Assembly (NCBI GenBank): GCA_964556485.1
Contig: CAZKVV010000006.1
Location: 8,072-72,071, forward strand
From: an uncultured Pseudomonadales bacterium
Lineage (GTDB): Bacteria; Patescibacteriota; Microgenomatia; UBA1400; PJMF01
Direction of reading: 5' to 3'
DNA: 64,000 bases
A model generated the notes under the pieces. That model was not told the origin of the DNA and made no database searches. It worked only from the letters and a program-made list of their open reading frames with translations. Positions 48,379-58,782 of this stretch are shown piece by piece. The first letter of the stretch is position 1. The number at the start of each line of letters is the position of its first letter. A program made the position numbers and the translations under genes.

Positions 48379-48939
48379 CTACTTGGAGACATCGAATAAA
48401 GCCTCATCATGACCTTCATGAAAGTTTACAAAACTTCTCAACACGTAGAGATAGTCGGATAACCTATTGACATACTGCAACACGATCTCCGGAATGTGTT
48501 GCTGTTGAGAGATGGCTACAATAGCTCGCTCTGCTCTACGACACACTGTTCTGGCAATATCAAGACGGGCGGCAGACTCAGTCCCACCTGGATACACAAA
48601 CTTCTGAGTCCAGTTTTGTTGCATACTTCGTTGTAAAGCTAATGAATTTCTTTCCAAAGTATCTAACTCACCAGTAGCTAACTTCACCGTTTTGGCGTCT
48701 GCGCGTGCTAACAGAGCACTGAGTAAATATATATTTTTTTGAATATTTCGAACTGCAACACACTGTTCGGGAAGCTCTTTTGGCAAAGTCACTAGTGCAA
48801 ACCCCAACCAAGAGTTAAGTTCATCTAAGTCGCCAAGCACTTCAAAAATTGGAGCAGACTTTGGCAGTCGGACCCCATCAATTAGCCCTGATAATCCTGA
48901 GTCGCCGCCTTTTGTAGAAATGGATGTCAGCTTTGCCAT
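48379..48939 (-). CDS. PduO-type cob(I)alamin adenosyltransferase
   Basis: STKGGDSG, GDLDELNS, ARTVCRRAER, YVNRLSDYL. Confidence 0.93.
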   Translation of the reverse strand: MAKLTSISTKGGDSGLSGLIDGVRLPKSAPIFEVLGDLDELNSWLGFALVTLPKELPEQCVAVRNIQKNIYLLSALLARADAKTVKLATGELDTLERNSLALQRSMQQNWTQKFVYPGGTESAARLDIARTVCRRAERAIVAISQQQHIPEIVLQYVNRLSDYLYVLRSFVNFHEGHDEALFDVSK

Positions 48940-49682
48940 TTGCCGCCTTTCTGCCATGGAGCATTCTTTAATAATGGAGCAAACACATCATCATCGACAT
49001 CGATAGCATAAGCATCAATTTCTGCTTGGGTCGGTGGAGAATCTTGAAAAGTAATTGCCGTAATGTCTGTGACTAAACAAAGAGGAGTGGATTCTGCAAC
49101 TTCTCCCATTTCTAACACTGCTGCAGCTGCTATACCCTGTGAAATAGCCATTTGAGTCATTTTTATTTCACGGCCATACAAATCATTTTCACCAATTCTG
49201 TTGAAAAGTGGTTCAAAACCACAATGGGAAAGCGCCCTACCAACCACTCCCCAAAGTAACGGCATTGAGACGCTGTCAGTAATTACGACGCCAACTTCTT
49301 TGACGTTGTACTGTTCACGTAAAAAATGCCAAATCTTTTGCGCGCTAGCATAGGCATTTTCTGGCAACAATAATAATCCGCTTTCAACATTAGATTCATC
49401 CACACCTGCATTTACACTTAACATATTGCCACTGATGGTCAGAATGGTGCTCATTTTTGAAACTGAAGGAGGCGTGTACTGTTGGGCTTGGCTAAAAATA
49501 ATGGCTTCTTTTTCTGCTCGGGTTCGAGGTTCTGCAACAGCAGCATTTTCCCATAACGAAACCACCTTAGAAGTAACTACTAACACAGATCGTTCCTCCA
49601 ATGTTGGAATTGCTTCAGCTATGACAGCCAGTAAATCGCATCCTGTTGTTAGTCGAGGGGTTTTGATGGCGTTACAATTCAT
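48927..49682 (-). CDS. CofE-like gamma-glutamyl ligase
   Basis: VVTSKVVS, NAGVDESN, GVVITDS, MGEVAESTP. Confidence 0.88.
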   Translation of the reverse strand: MNCNAIKTPRLTTGCDLLAVIAEAIPTLEERSVLVVTSKVVSLWENAAVAEPRTRAEKEAIIFSQAQQYTPPSVSKMSTILTISGNMLSVNAGVDESNVESGLLLLPENAYASAQKIWHFLREQYNVKEVGVVITDSVSMPLLWGVVGRALSHCGFEPLFNRIGENDLYGREIKMTQMAISQGIAAAAVLEMGEVAESTPLCLVTDITAITFQDSPPTQAEIDAYAIDVDDDVFAPLLKNAPWQKGGKWQS

Positions 49683-49751
49683 TGCTACCTTCACATAGAG
49701 TCTAAATTTTAGAGTCAAAATGATCATACCATATCAGGTATAATACACTCC

Positions 49752-52004
49752 ATGCGGTTCAAACTTAGATCACCCTATCAACCAGCTGGAGACCAACCAA
49801 ACGCAATAGCTGCGCTGGTAGATGGTATTGAACACAACAAACGACATCAGACATTGCTCGGGGTAACTGGCTCTGGAAAAACCTACACTATGGCAAGTGT
49901 AATCCAGAAAGTGCAAAAACCAACCCTCATCGTTGCTCACAATAAAACCCTTGCAGCACAGCTCTACCAAGAGTTTAGAGATTTTTTTCCTGAAAATGCC
50001 GTCAGCTACTTTGTGTCTTACTACGATTACTATCAACCTGAAGCGTATATTCCCTCCACCGATACCTACATCGAAAAAGAGTCAACGATTAACGACGAAA
50101 TTGACAAACTTCGATTAGCTTCCACTACTAATTTATTGACGAGACCAGATTCAATTGTCATCGCCTCAGTTTCTTGCATCTATAACTTGGGTTCGCCTGT
50201 TGAGTACGGTAGATATTTGCTGCGTATTGCTGAAGGCGAAATCATTTCTAAAGAAACGATTCTCCTTCAGCTTGCAAACTTGCAGTATGACCGGACCACC
50301 ACCGATTTTAAACGCGGCACCTTTAGACTCCGAGGAGATAGCATCCAAATTTGGCCTGCATATGAAGAGAAGGCCTTGCGAATCGACATGTTTGAAAACA
50401 CCATAGAGACACTGACTTGGATTGATCCAATTTCTGGTCAAGCACTACCAATCAATGGTGATGCAACGAATAGAAAAAAAGAAGTTATCATTTATCCAGC
50501 TAAGCACTATGTCGTTAATCCACAGAATCAAGAAGAAGGCATTGCACAAATAAAAGCTGACCTACAACAACAACTTGCGCACTTCCGCTCAAAAGGCAAA
50601 AATATTGAAGCATATCGAATAGAACAAAAAGTGAACTATGATCTCGAGATGCTCAGAGAGTTTGGCTTTGTAAATGGTATTGAAAACTACTCACGCTATT
50701 TCGATGGCAGATTACCAGGATCAGCTCCCTTTACGCTCATCGATTACTTCAATGAAACCAACAATGTCTTTGGGACAGGCGATTTTTTAACAATTGTTGA
50801 TGAAAGTCACATCACGCTTCCACAGATTAGAGGCATGCATAATGGCGATAGAGCTCGCAAAGAAACCTTGATTGAGTATGGTTTCCGATTACCAAGTGCA
50901 CTCGATAATCGGCCGCTTACCTTTGAAGAGTTCTTGGGTCAAACCAAAACCATGCTCTATGTATCCGCAACCCCAGAGAAATTAGAGCTATCACTTTCTG
51001 GTAATGAGCCTGTTGAACAACTTATCAGACCAACTGGCTTGGTTGATCCAAACATAGAACTACGACCCACTGAGAATCAAATCGAGGATCTGGTGATTGA
51101 GATCATCACTCGTAAAGAAAGAGGACAGCGGACACTCGTTACCACACTCACCAAAAAAATGGCTGAGGCACTAACCGAGTATCTAAATAACACCCACAAA
51201 ATTGACAGTTTAGTTGCAAGCTGGCAAAAGCGTCAAAAGCAAACCATTGCCCAGGAAGACAATGAGCTGCTCATTTGGCAACAAGCTGAATTACCAATTG
51301 CGCAGATGAGTATTGGTCCAATCGATCCAAAGTTCTATCACCACTTAGGACAAAATAACTATAAGCCAGCAAAAATAGAGTATCCAAAGGTTGCCTACCT
51401 GCACTCAGACATTGAAACACTTGAGCGCTCCGACATTCTAGATGACCTGAGACGCGGTGTGTATGACGTTGTAGTAGGTATTAACTTACTGCGTGAAGGC
51501 TTAGACTTACCAGAAGTCACGCTTGTAGCAATTCTCGATGCAGACAAAGAGGGATTTCTCAGATCTCGCACATCGCTTATTCAAACCATGGGTAGAGCTG
51601 CAAGACATATTGAGGGGCATGTGATTCTGTATGCAGACCGACTAACTGGCTCAATGCAAGTTGCCATTGAAGAAACACTACGACGACGAAACACTCAAAT
51701 TGAACATAACACCAAAGAGGGTATTACGCCTCAAACCATTATTAAACCAATTCGTGAGCGAATGCTCAAAAAGAAACAAGAAGAAGAGCTTGCTGCAAAG
51801 AAAAAGAAAAAATCGGGACTGGTTGTGCAACTCAACAAAACCGAACAAATAGATCTACAAAAAGTGGTGGTACAAGATCTGACTCCCTATGACAAACGCT
51901 CACTAAGCACAAAGCTAAAACGCCGCATGAATCAAGCAGCTAAGGACATGGACTTTGAATTGGCAGCGATCCTCAGAGATACTATCAAAGAGCTGCAGAC
52001 TTAA
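49752..52004 (+). CDS. uvrB: Excinuclease ABC subunit B
   Basis: GVTGSGKT, YYDYYQPEAY, DESH, GINLLREGLD, C-terminal DFELAAILRD. Confidence 0.97.
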   Translation: MRFKLRSPYQPAGDQPNAIAALVDGIEHNKRHQTLLGVTGSGKTYTMASVIQKVQKPTLIVAHNKTLAAQLYQEFRDFFPENAVSYFVSYYDYYQPEAYIPSTDTYIEKESTINDEIDKLRLASTTNLLTRPDSIVIASVSCIYNLGSPVEYGRYLLRIAEGEIISKETILLQLANLQYDRTTTDFKRGTFRLRGDSIQIWPAYEEKALRIDMFENTIETLTWIDPISGQALPINGDATNRKKEVIIYPAKHYVVNPQNQEEGIAQIKADLQQQLAHFRSKGKNIEAYRIEQKVNYDLEMLREFGFVNGIENYSRYFDGRLPGSAPFTLIDYFNETNNVFGTGDFLTIVDESHITLPQIRGMHNGDRARKETLIEYGFRLPSALDNRPLTFEEFLGQTKTMLYVSATPEKLELSLSGNEPVEQLIRPTGLVDPNIELRPTENQIEDLVIEIITRKERGQRTLVTTLTKKMAEALTEYLNNTHKIDSLVASWQKRQKQTIAQEDNELLIWQQAELPIAQMSIGPIDPKFYHHLGQNNYKPAKIEYPKVAYLHSDIETLERSDILDDLRRGVYDVVVGINLLREGLDLPEVTLVAILDADKEGFLRSRTSLIQTMGRAARHIEGHVILYADRLTGSMQVAIEETLRRRNTQIEHNTKEGITPQTIIKPIRERMLKKKQEEELAAKKKKKSGLVVQLNKTEQIDLQKVVVQDLTPYDKRSLSTKLKRRMNQAAKDMDFELAAILRDTIKELQT

Positions 52005-52473
52005 GATGTTGTGATAACCGATTCTTGAGTGAACCTGCTAGTACTTTTTGAACAATCGGGTTAAAATCTGTAGTTGGAAAATAATCTTTTACTCTAGTTA
52101 GAGCATAGAGTACATGAGCTTGATTATACATATCTAGCTGAGCTTCTTCCATTGCCTCAAACATTGTCAGCACAACCACACCAACATAGCCTTGTTCTTT
52201 GACTATTTGTGTATCTTTGAATTTTTCCAAATTCTCTGCGATTTTTCTTGCCAAACTTTCGCGCAAAATTTCAGTTTTTCCTTTACCAATCAATTTATTT
52301 TCAACAAATAGTGCATTAATCAAATCATCAATTTTTTGTTTCACTTCTGGAGTAAGTTGTTCTGCTATCTCTCCAGATGGCGGCAATGCAGATGCCTCAA
52401 CTTTTGCATCTGCTGGCTTCAAACCTCTGTCATTTAAAAACCTCAACATTCCATTTTGTTGTTCTTCTTGCAT
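51985..52473 (-). CDS. Hypothetical protein
   Basis: ORF between uvrB and uvrA, probable start MQEEQQ. Confidence 0.65.
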   Translation of the reverse strand: MQEEQQNGMLRFLNDRGLKPADAKVEASALPPSGEIAEQLTPEVKQKIDDLINALFVENKLIGKGKTEILRESLARKIAENLEKFKDTQIVKEQGYVGVVVLTMFEAMEEAQLDMYNQAHVLYALTRVKDYFPTTDFNPIVQKVLAGSLKNRLSQHLKSAAL

Positions 52474-52600
52474 ATCAATAGTATTGCACGGGTATTTAAA
52501 AAAAACACCACAGTAGGTCAATGGCCCCTTTGACCCTGCCACCATCGGCATTTGTTCGGTATAATAGATACTCGTTTAGAACACTTCAAACTAAACAAAA

Positions 52601-55573
52601 ATGCCTATGGAACAAATAATCCGCATTAGTGGTGCCCGAGAACACAACCTAAAAAATATCTCGCTTGAGATACCAAAAAATAAGCTGGTGGTTTTTACTG
52701 GCATATCTGGTAGTGGCAAAAGCTCACTCGCCTTTGATACTCTCTATGCTGAGGGACAACGTAGGTATGTGGAGAGTTTAAGCTCGTACGCCCGCCAGTT
52801 TTTAGGCGTCATGCAGAAACCAGATGTGGATCACATCGAAGGTCTTTCACCAGCAATTTCAATCGATCAAAAAACAACTTCCCATAACCCTCGATCAACA
52901 GTAGGCACCATCACCGAAATCTATGACTACCTAAGATTGCTGTTTGCTCGAGTTGGTCATCCCCACTGTCCAAACTGTGGCAAAGAAGTTGCCACTCAGA
53001 GTGTCGATCAAATTGTTTCGCAAATTCATACTCTCATCGAAAAAAGCGCTGCGTCACAGCCTGTCCGGTTTATGTTGTTATCCCCAGTAGTTCGAGATAA
53101 AAAAGGTGAATTCACTGGTCTCTTTGAAACCCTGCAACAAAAAGGATACCGACGCGCTCGCATTGATGGCACCATCTACACTTTTGATGAAGAGCTCAAT
53201 TTACTCAAAAATAATAAGCACTCCGTTGCTGTGGTCATTGACCGTGGTGTAATTAGTAAGCAACAATTAAAAGATCCCGAAGAGTACCGCAACTTGCGAA
53301 GAAGAATTGCTCAAGCTGTAGAAGAATCCTTGCAACTAGCAGATGGATTAGTGCTATTTAGCATCATCACCGATGCATCGCTCGACTTTCCAGAAAAACC
53401 AAAATCATTTTCCGACAGACTCTTTAGTGAAAAAAGAGCTTGCAGTGATTGTGGCATTTCTATTCCAGAACTCGAACCTCGTCTGTTCTCATTTAACTCA
53501 CCACATGGTGCGTGTCCTGACTGTAATGGTCTTGGAACCCTCCTCAAAATCGATATTACCAAGATTATTGCGCCATCGCTGACGTTAAGTGAAGGAGCCG
53601 TCATTCCGTTCGCCCGTATGCTTAGTAGTGACACTTGGTGGTCTAGACTCGTAAAAGCAGTGGTCGATGCAAATGATCAAGACTTTAGAAAAGTTGCATG
53701 GGATAAGTTGCCAGAAAAACTGCAACATGAACTCCTCTACGGGAGTGATGTGGTGTACAAAGTTGAAGGAGAAAATCGTTTTGGCAGACAAACCGTAATT
53801 CATGAACAGTATGAGGGATTCATAACCAACTTAGAGCGCCGATATCAAGAAACTGACAGCGACTACATTCGTAAAGAAATTCAGGCATACATGCTCAAGC
53901 AAACATGTCCACTTTGCAAAGGCACAAGGCTGAAAGAAGAAGCTCTGAGTGTGCATATCGATGGCAAGACTATTGCTCATGCTACCAACATGCCAATTGA
54001 ATTGTGTTTATCATGGATTAACTCGCTGAGCGAAAAAAAGATTCTCAACGAGAAAGAACAGTTTATTGGAGCCTCAATTCTAAAAGAAATTAGCGCTCGA
54101 CTTCATTTTCTAAAATCAGTTGGACTCAACTATCTTAACTTAAGTAGAGAAGCATCAACACTTGCAGGTGGAGAGGCTCAACGTATTCGCTTGGCTTCAC
54201 AAATTGGAACAGGCCTGACTGGAGTGTTATATATTTTGGATGAACCAACCATTGGTCTTCACCAAAGGGACAACCATCGTCTTATTGAAACCCTCAAAAA
54301 TCTGCAAGAAAAGGGAAATACCGTGATTGTGGTCGAACATGATCGAGACATCATGCTCGCTGCAGACTATATTTTCGACTTTGGACCAAAAGCTGGCAAA
54401 CTGGGTGGAAACATTGTTGCAGAAGGCACACCTGAGCAACTACTTGCCAACAAAAAATCATTGACAGGCGCATACCTCTCACGCAAAAAAGATGTAAAAC
54501 GAAAAAGTCTGTATGCAAAAAAAGAACGCACCATCGTTTCTGACGACGCTCTCATTGTCAAAACAGCCATTAACTCGAGTATTCAAGTAAGAGGTGCTAG
54601 TCACCACAACTTAAAAAATGTAGATGTTGATTTTCCTTTAGGCAAATTTGTGTGTATTTCTGGCATTTCAGGATCTGGCAAATCGACACTGCTTCATGAC
54701 ACTCTCTATGCTCATCTTCTACAACACCTGGGAAGATTATATGACTCGAGCCCTGGCGCAATTACTTCAATTATGATTCCAGATGTGGTTAAACGCGTAA
54801 CTATGATCGATCAGAGCCCAATTGGCAAAACTCCTCGATCAAATCCTGCAACGTATACTAAAATTTTTGACTATATTCGAAAAGTGTTTGCAAACACCAA
54901 AGATTCACTGCTCCACGGTTTTGACCAAGGTCGATTTAGTTTTAATGTAAAGGGTGGTCGCTGTGAAGCATGTCTGGGTGATGGTCAACTTAAAATTGAG
55001 ATGCAGTTTTTGCCAGACGTCTATGTAACTTGCGATGTCTGCAAAGGCGCTCGCTATAACGAGGAAACCCTCGAAGTTAAATACAAAGATAAAAATATTT
55101 CCGATGTACTGCACATGAGTGTGGATGAAGCTGTGGAATTTTTTGGCGCACAAAGCACAATCCGCAAAAAACTCAAAACACTGCAGGCAGTCGGGCTCGG
55201 CTATGTTGAACTCGGTCAACCTGCGCCAACACTAAGTGGTGGAGAGGCTCAAAGAGTAAAACTTGCCAAAGAACTTTCAACCAAAACCAACGAACACGTC
55301 GTCTATTTACTCGACGAACCAACCACTGGTTTACACTTTGAAGATGTACAGAAGCTCCTTGAGGTGCTGGATCAACTGGTTGAACAAAATAACACGGTCA
55401 TTACCATCGAACATAATCTTGATGTCATCAAAAATGCTGATTGGGTGATCGATCTTGGTCCTGAGGGGGGGGAGTATGGAGGTCAAATTATTGCTGAAGG
55501 TTCTCCTAAAGCTCTGGCCAATAATCCTGATTCTGCAACCGGACAGTATCTCAAGGTTGAGTTCAACTCCTAA
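52601..55573 (+). CDS. uvrA: Excinuclease ABC subunit A
   Basis: GAREHNLK, two Walker A (GISGSGKS), Zn fingers, LSGGEAQR. Confidence 0.98.
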   Translation: MPMEQIIRISGAREHNLKNISLEIPKNKLVVFTGISGSGKSSLAFDTLYAEGQRRYVESLSSYARQFLGVMQKPDVDHIEGLSPAISIDQKTTSHNPRSTVGTITEIYDYLRLLFARVGHPHCPNCGKEVATQSVDQIVSQIHTLIEKSAASQPVRFMLLSPVVRDKKGEFTGLFETLQQKGYRRARIDGTIYTFDEELNLLKNNKHSVAVVIDRGVISKQQLKDPEEYRNLRRRIAQAVEESLQLADGLVLFSIITDASLDFPEKPKSFSDRLFSEKRACSDCGISIPELEPRLFSFNSPHGACPDCNGLGTLLKIDITKIIAPSLTLSEGAVIPFARMLSSDTWWSRLVKAVVDANDQDFRKVAWDKLPEKLQHELLYGSDVVYKVEGENRFGRQTVIHEQYEGFITNLERRYQETDSDYIRKEIQAYMLKQTCPLCKGTRLKEEALSVHIDGKTIAHATNMPIELCLSWINSLSEKKILNEKEQFIGASILKEISARLHFLKSVGLNYLNLSREASTLAGGEAQRIRLASQIGTGLTGVLYILDEPTIGLHQRDNHRLIETLKNLQEKGNTVIVVEHDRDIMLAADYIFDFGPKAGKLGGNIVAEGTPEQLLANKKSLTGAYLSRKKDVKRKSLYAKKERTIVSDDALIVKTAINSSIQVRGASHHNLKNVDVDFPLGKFVCISGISGSGKSTLLHDTLYAHLLQHLGRLYDSSPGAITSIMIPDVVKRVTMIDQSPIGKTPRSNPATYTKIFDYIRKVFANTKDSLLHGFDQGRFSFNVKGGRCEACLGDGQLKIEMQFLPDVYVTCDVCKGARYNEETLEVKYKDKNISDVLHMSVDEAVEFFGAQSTIRKKLKTLQAVGLGYVELGQPAPTLSGGEAQRVKLAKELSTKTNEHVVYLLDEPTTGLHFEDVQKLLEVLDQLVEQNNTVITIEHNLDVIKNADWVIDLGPEGGEYGGQIIAEGSPKALANNPDSATGQYLKVEFNS

Positions 55574-55608
55574 AAATAACCGCTCACGAGTGCGTTACAA
55601 TAACAACT

Positions 55609-57492
55609 ATGACCGTTTTTAAAAAAAAGCTGTTTGCTGCTGTACTGGCCCTATTCTGTTTCATATCTGTGCAAACCGCAGCTACTGCCCAGGAGAGTAC
55701 AGACACCTTTGATACTACGCTTGATTCAAGCTATACCATCGATGCAGTTGGCATAACTAAAGTTAAGCATCGGTTTAAAATTACCAATAAAACACCAACC
55801 ATTTTTCTCACTCAGTACGCACTTAAAACCAATTATCCAGAGTTGCAAAATATCTTGGTTCGCTACCAAGAAGAAATTATTATTCCCAGTGTCACTCAAG
55901 ATGGTAGTGGCACCACTATTTCACTCGCTTTTCCCGACCAGCTCGTTGGAGAAGGCAAAACCAGAGACTTCACTGTTGAATACACCAACCGCGACATTGC
56001 CTCGATTGGCGGCAAAGTATTAGAGTTACATATTCCCAAACTACCAGAGGCAGCAACCTACAATTCCCATACTACCTCTATTGAAATACCGCTAAGTTAT
56101 GGCAATCCTACTCGAATTGAACCAATTCCTTCAAATACAAATGACTCACAAGGTGTACTCAAAATTGAGTATCACGACCTCAAAGGCGAATCAATCTCAG
56201 CAATATTTGGTCAAGAACAGATCTATAACTTAAGCCTGAGATATCAACTTGAAAATCCAACCAGCGGCACTGCACTTGCCCAAATTGCGCTACCACCTGA
56301 CACAACTTTTCAGCGCATGTTTTATCACTCCATCGATCCACTTCCCACAAACCTCAAAACAGATGCTGATGGCAATTGGATCGCTACCTACATGCTCAAA
56401 GCAACCTCTCGACTAGATGTCAATGTCAGCGCAGTTAGCAAAGTTGCACTGCAGCCCGATCTGTTTGTGCCAACAACTGCTCCGCTCAAAGAGCATACCA
56501 ACAGAGATGCCTTTTGGGAAACAAATGATGCCATCATTCAAGATCTCATCCGCCAACATAATAATCCAAAAGCGATGTATGACTATGTTATCAAAACACT
56601 CCAATATAAAGTTGAACCAATTACTGAAGCCACCGAAAGACTCGGCGCTGTTGAAGCATTCGAAAACCCAGATCAAGCAGTTTGCCAAGAATTCACCGAT
56701 GCCTTTATCACCCTTGCCAGAGCTGGCGGCACACCTGCTCGCCGAAATACGGGCTATGGCTATTCAGAAAATGAAGTACTCAAACCACTCAGTCTCGAGG
56801 CAGACGTGCTGCATGCCTGGCCAGAGTATTGGGATCAAGAAAAGGGCTACTGGGTTCCCATCGATCCCACTTGGGGTAACACAACTGGCGGAATTGATTA
56901 CTTTACCAGCTTTGATCTAAGCCATATTGTGTTTGCAATTAATGGCAAATCAAGTAAAACACCATACCCAGCGGGTAGTTATGCGGTTAGTGAAGACCCA
57001 TCCAAAAAAGATGTTGATGTTACTTTTGCAAACGATTTTCCTGTAACAACACCCGCTTTCACAGTAGAACTAACACCCAAGCGAATACTTGGCATTGCTC
57101 TGCCTGGTATGTACACAGCTGAGATTATAAATACCACTGGTGCAGCCTGGTATAATCTAGACCTTGCCTTTGGTCACACCGATACCACTATAAAAGTAAT
57201 GGATGATACGCCCATTTCCATCGCAGCATTACTTCCGTATCAAACAAAAGAAATAACTATCACTGCATTTACCAGTGCGCTACAATTGCCTAAGCAAGCT
57301 GAAATAACACCACAAATTACCATTGTGGGTCAAAATACACAATCATATGCACTCCCAGTCCAAACCATTATCACCGGACCAAGTGTCGTCCAAAACCTCA
57401 CCCAAAGAACTGTTCTCATTAGCTTGGGTGTCGGTGCTATCATCTTTACCCTCGTCACCGGGAGTGTATTGGTTCTTAGACAACGAAAATAA
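55609..57492 (+). CDS. Exported transglutaminase-like protein with C-terminal TM anchor
   Basis: Signal peptide, AVCQEF (Cys), HAWPEYW (His), IDPTW (Asp). Confidence 0.9.
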   Translation: MTVFKKKLFAAVLALFCFISVQTAATAQESTDTFDTTLDSSYTIDAVGITKVKHRFKITNKTPTIFLTQYALKTNYPELQNILVRYQEEIIIPSVTQDGSGTTISLAFPDQLVGEGKTRDFTVEYTNRDIASIGGKVLELHIPKLPEAATYNSHTTSIEIPLSYGNPTRIEPIPSNTNDSQGVLKIEYHDLKGESISAIFGQEQIYNLSLRYQLENPTSGTALAQIALPPDTTFQRMFYHSIDPLPTNLKTDADGNWIATYMLKATSRLDVNVSAVSKVALQPDLFVPTTAPLKEHTNRDAFWETNDAIIQDLIRQHNNPKAMYDYVIKTLQYKVEPITEATERLGAVEAFENPDQAVCQEFTDAFITLARAGGTPARRNTGYGYSENEVLKPLSLEADVLHAWPEYWDQEKGYWVPIDPTWGNTTGGIDYFTSFDLSHIVFAINGKSSKTPYPAGSYAVSEDPSKKDVDVTFANDFPVTTPAFTVELTPKRILGIALPGMYTAEIINTTGAAWYNLDLAFGHTDTTIKVMDDTPISIAALLPYQTKEITITAFTSALQLPKQAEITPQITIVGQNTQSYALPVQTIITGPSVVQNLTQRTVLISLGVGAIIFTLVTGSVLVLRQRK

Positions 57493-58759
57493 TGTTCTCT
57501 ACGTTGGCAAAGCCAAAAACTTAAAAAATAGAGTCAGTTCCTACTCACACTACAATCAGCTCAGTTATCGCATTAAACAATTGGTGTCGACTGCCACTGT
57601 CGTTAAATTTAGAATCCTTGAAAGTGAGCTAGAAGCATTATTAGTAGAAGCAGAACTCATTGGTAGATACCAACCGCATTTTAATATTCTGCTCAAAGAT
57701 GACAAAAGCCCACTCTATATTCACATTACCAATGAAACATTCCCCAGAGTAACAAAAATACGAAAAAAAGAATTACTCACCCAACAACTCAAGGGGGCAA
57801 CCTTGGGACCATTTCCAAGCTCCTATAAAGTTAATGAAGTGCTTAAGATTGCTCGAGCCATTTTTCCCTGGTGCAATAATCCACAACAAGAATATTCCGC
57901 AAAAAAAGCTAAAGCATGCTTTTTCTACCACTTAGACCTTTGCCCAGGGGCATGTGTGGGGCAAATCACTAAGGAAGAATACGCCATCTCTATTCATAAT
58001 CTCACTGATTTCTTAAAAGGGAGAAAAAAAGAAGTGTTGCAGTCTATTACAGTGGCCATGACTATAGCAGTAGGACAAGAAAACTTCGAAGCAGCTGCGC
58101 ACTATCGAGACCAGATCCAACTAATCAAAGATGTAACTGGTCAATCGTACAAACTCAAGCCTGATCTAACTTTGCCAGCATTGCGAGAAAGTATTGCTGA
58201 AGATGGCAGAGCAGGCCTGGTGAAATTATTAACAACCTATTCTTTTATTCCCACAGGATATGAACTATCCAGAATTGAGGGATATGACGTTAGTAACACG
58301 CAAGGAACATTGGCTAGTGTGGCAATGGTCACCTTCATAAATGGCAGATCGGATGTCAGTGAATACAAGTTGTTTAATATCAAAACACTTAATACTCCAA
58401 ATGACTATCACATGTTGCAAGAAGCCCTAGCACGTAGACAAAATCATCCTGAATGGGGCAGGCCCAGCCTTGTGGTCGTAGATGGTGGAAAAGGTCAGGT
58501 AAGAGCAGCATTATCAACTTGGACATGGGACATTCCGGTTATTGGAATTGCCAAACATCCGGATAGACTCATTATTCCAATCCTCAAGCAACCACCTCGA
58601 GAAAAACCAGCAAACATTATCTATCATATCGCTGAATTGCACTCAAATGACCCAACTTTACAATTGGTACAACAAATCAGAGACGAATCGCACCGTTTCT
58701 CCAAAAAACAGCATAGTGGTAGAAGAGTTAAAAAATTACTGAATGGCTCTGAAGCTTAA
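57347..58759 (+). CDS. uvrC: Excinuclease ABC subunit C (short, no C-terminal HhH)
   Basis: LPSSPGVY...YVGKAKNL GIY-YIG, Cys cluster, FEAAAHYRD, RIEGYDVSN, VDGGKGQ, RDESHRF. Start codon uncertain. Confidence 0.93.
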   Translation: MHSQSKPLSPDQVSSKTSPKELFSLAWVSVLSSLPSSPGVYWFLDNENNVLYVGKAKNLKNRVSSYSHYNQLSYRIKQLVSTATVVKFRILESELEALLVEAELIGRYQPHFNILLKDDKSPLYIHITNETFPRVTKIRKKELLTQQLKGATLGPFPSSYKVNEVLKIARAIFPWCNNPQQEYSAKKAKACFFYHLDLCPGACVGQITKEEYAISIHNLTDFLKGRKKEVLQSITVAMTIAVGQENFEAAAHYRDQIQLIKDVTGQSYKLKPDLTLPALRESIAEDGRAGLVKLLTTYSFIPTGYELSRIEGYDVSNTQGTLASVAMVTFINGRSDVSEYKLFNIKTLNTPNDYHMLQEALARRQNHPEWGRPSLVVVDGGKGQVRAALSTWTWDIPVIGIAKHPDRLIIPILKQPPREKPANIIYHIAELHSNDPTLQLVQQIRDESHRFSKKQHSGRRVKKLLNGSEA

Positions 58760-58782
58760 CAAAAGAGAATAGTATATACTCT

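Noticed and set aside
51186-51386. Intein in UvrB
   Set aside because: Too short, and lacks a Cys/Ser start and His-Asn end.
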